From an uncultured Pseudomonadota bacterium (GTDB taxonomy: Bacteria; Pseudomonadota; Alphaproteobacteria; JACZXZ01): a DNA stretch of 24,000 nucleotides. Shown piece by piece: positions 23,291-24,000 of the stretch. Positions within the stretch are counted from its first letter, which is position 1; each line of letters begins with the position of its first letter. Where the stretch lies: contig CAVVLJ010000020.1 in the NCBI GenBank assembly GCA_963749075.1, forward strand, positions 360,330-384,329. Reading direction: 5' to 3'. The notes under the pieces were generated by a model that searched no databases, had not been told where the DNA came from, and saw nothing but the letters and a program-made list of their open reading frames with translations. Both the position numbers and the translations under genes were made by a program.

Positions 23291-23959
23291 ATGGGCGAGG
23301 ACAAGCCCGTAATGCTCGCCGGGATCAAGGCGAAGCTTGTAGCACACAAGGAGAAGTGGGCGCGCGAGGGCCGCCTCCTGACCGGCAAGCGCGGCGATCC
23401 GGCGGCGGCCCGCCTGCCGCCCGGGCAGCGCGAGGTGAAGGACTGGCCGGTCCTCGATCTCGGCATCCAGCCCATGCTGCCGCCCGCGCGCTGGCGCCTC
23501 GCGGTCGACGGCCTGGTCGAGCATCCGCTGAGCTGGGAGTGGGACGATTTCCAGGCGCAGCCGCGCGTGCGCTCGACCTCCGACATCCATTGTGTCACCG
23601 CCTGGTCGCGCTACGACAACCGCTGGGAAGGGGTCTCGGCACGCCGCATTCTCGACCTGGTACGGCCCAAGCCCGAGGCCCGGCACGTGATCTTCCACAG
23701 CTTCGACGGCTATACGACCAACATCCCGCTTAGCGTCTTCGCGGGCGAGGACGTGATGCTCGCCGCGAGCTGGGAGGGCGAGCCGCTCACCCGCGAGCAC
23801 GGCGGGCCGGTGCGCGCGCTGGTGCCCAGACTCTATTTCTGGAAGAGCGCCAAGTGGCTGAAGCGCATCGAGCTCAGCGCCGAGGACAAGCCCGGCTTCT
23901 GGGAGGTGCGCGGCTACCACAACGACGCCGACCCGTGGAAGGAGGAGCGCTACGGATGA
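23291..23959 (+). CDS. small sulfite-oxidase-fold molybdopterin oxidoreductase (YuiH/MsrP-catalytic-domain-like), no signal peptide
   Basis: SDIHCVTAWSRYDNRWEGVS (Mo-ligand Cys context), GEPLTREHGGPVRALVPRLYFWKSAKWLKRIE (the conserved HG.P.R...P..YG.K..KW-type motif). 222 aa, hydrophilic N-terminus. Confidence 0.8.
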   Translation: MGEDKPVMLAGIKAKLVAHKEKWAREGRLLTGKRGDPAAARLPPGQREVKDWPVLDLGIQPMLPPARWRLAVDGLVEHPLSWEWDDFQAQPRVRSTSDIHCVTAWSRYDNRWEGVSARRILDLVRPKPEARHVIFHSFDGYTTNIPLSVFAGEDVMLAASWEGEPLTREHGGPVRALVPRLYFWKSAKWLKRIELSAEDKPGFWEVRGYHNDADPWKEERYG

Positions 23960-24000
23960 CCGCTTACGATTTCAGTTTCCGCTCGATCGACGGCACGCCG
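23956..24000 (+). CDS. probable glutathione peroxidase (5' fragment, continues past the window)
   Basis: The ATG at 23956 overlaps the upstream TGA (ATGA). MTAYDFSFRSIDGTP matches the usual GPx/BtuE N-terminus (M..YDF....I.G). Only 15 codons are visible. Confidence 0.55.
   Translation, partial: MTAYDFSFRSIDGTP

Noticed and set aside
1-24000. Mobile genetic elements or known defence systems (restriction-modification, Cas, abortive infection, retrons, transposons, prophage).
   Set aside because: No transposase, integrase, reverse transcriptase, large ATPase/helicase/nuclease or DNA methyltransferase signatures appear in any frame. Only vapBC and a lone HNH protein have any defence-like flavour.

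Overview
This is a very GC-rich, gene-dense chromosomal segment. It looks alphaproteobacterial, probably Hyphomicrobiales/Rhizobiales-like; that is an inference from the argD-argF-hslO arrangement, the protein signatures and the CCCTC/GAGGG palindromic intergenic repeats. I can support about 31 protein genes and one tRNA-Leu(CAA). I also see two GC-rich nested palindromic repeat elements, one perfect 13-bp tandem duplication and a few promoter/operator candidates. Most of the content is housekeeping: arginine biosynthesis (argE, argF, argD), folE, apaG, hslO, coq7, dsbB, arsC, methyltransferases and LysR-controlled oxidoreductases. There is no CRISPR array, transposase, integrase, phage gene or recognisable multi-gene defence island. 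The accessory-looking parts are: a vapBC toxin-antitoxin module beside a ~107-bp composite palindrome; a standalone HNH endonuclease; and a LysR plus three-oxidoreductase cluster downstream of the tRNA. The best candidate for an undescribed system is an EctD-like Fe(II)/2OG dioxygenase translationally coupled (ATGA overlap) to a divergent serine hydroxymethyltransferase paralogue. This is only a hypothesis, read as a 'hydroxylate then retro-aldol cleave' module of unknown substrate. Secondary items are an OoxAB/HcnBC-like two-subunit flavo-iron-sulfur oxidase, a dsbB-coq7 coupled pair, and a possible +1 frame problem in vapB. Many long ORFs in the supplied track are Arg/Pro/Ala/Gly-rich shadow ORFs of real genes, and several real genes have over-extended starts in the track. 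All family assignments come from motifs read by eye; no database search was possible.
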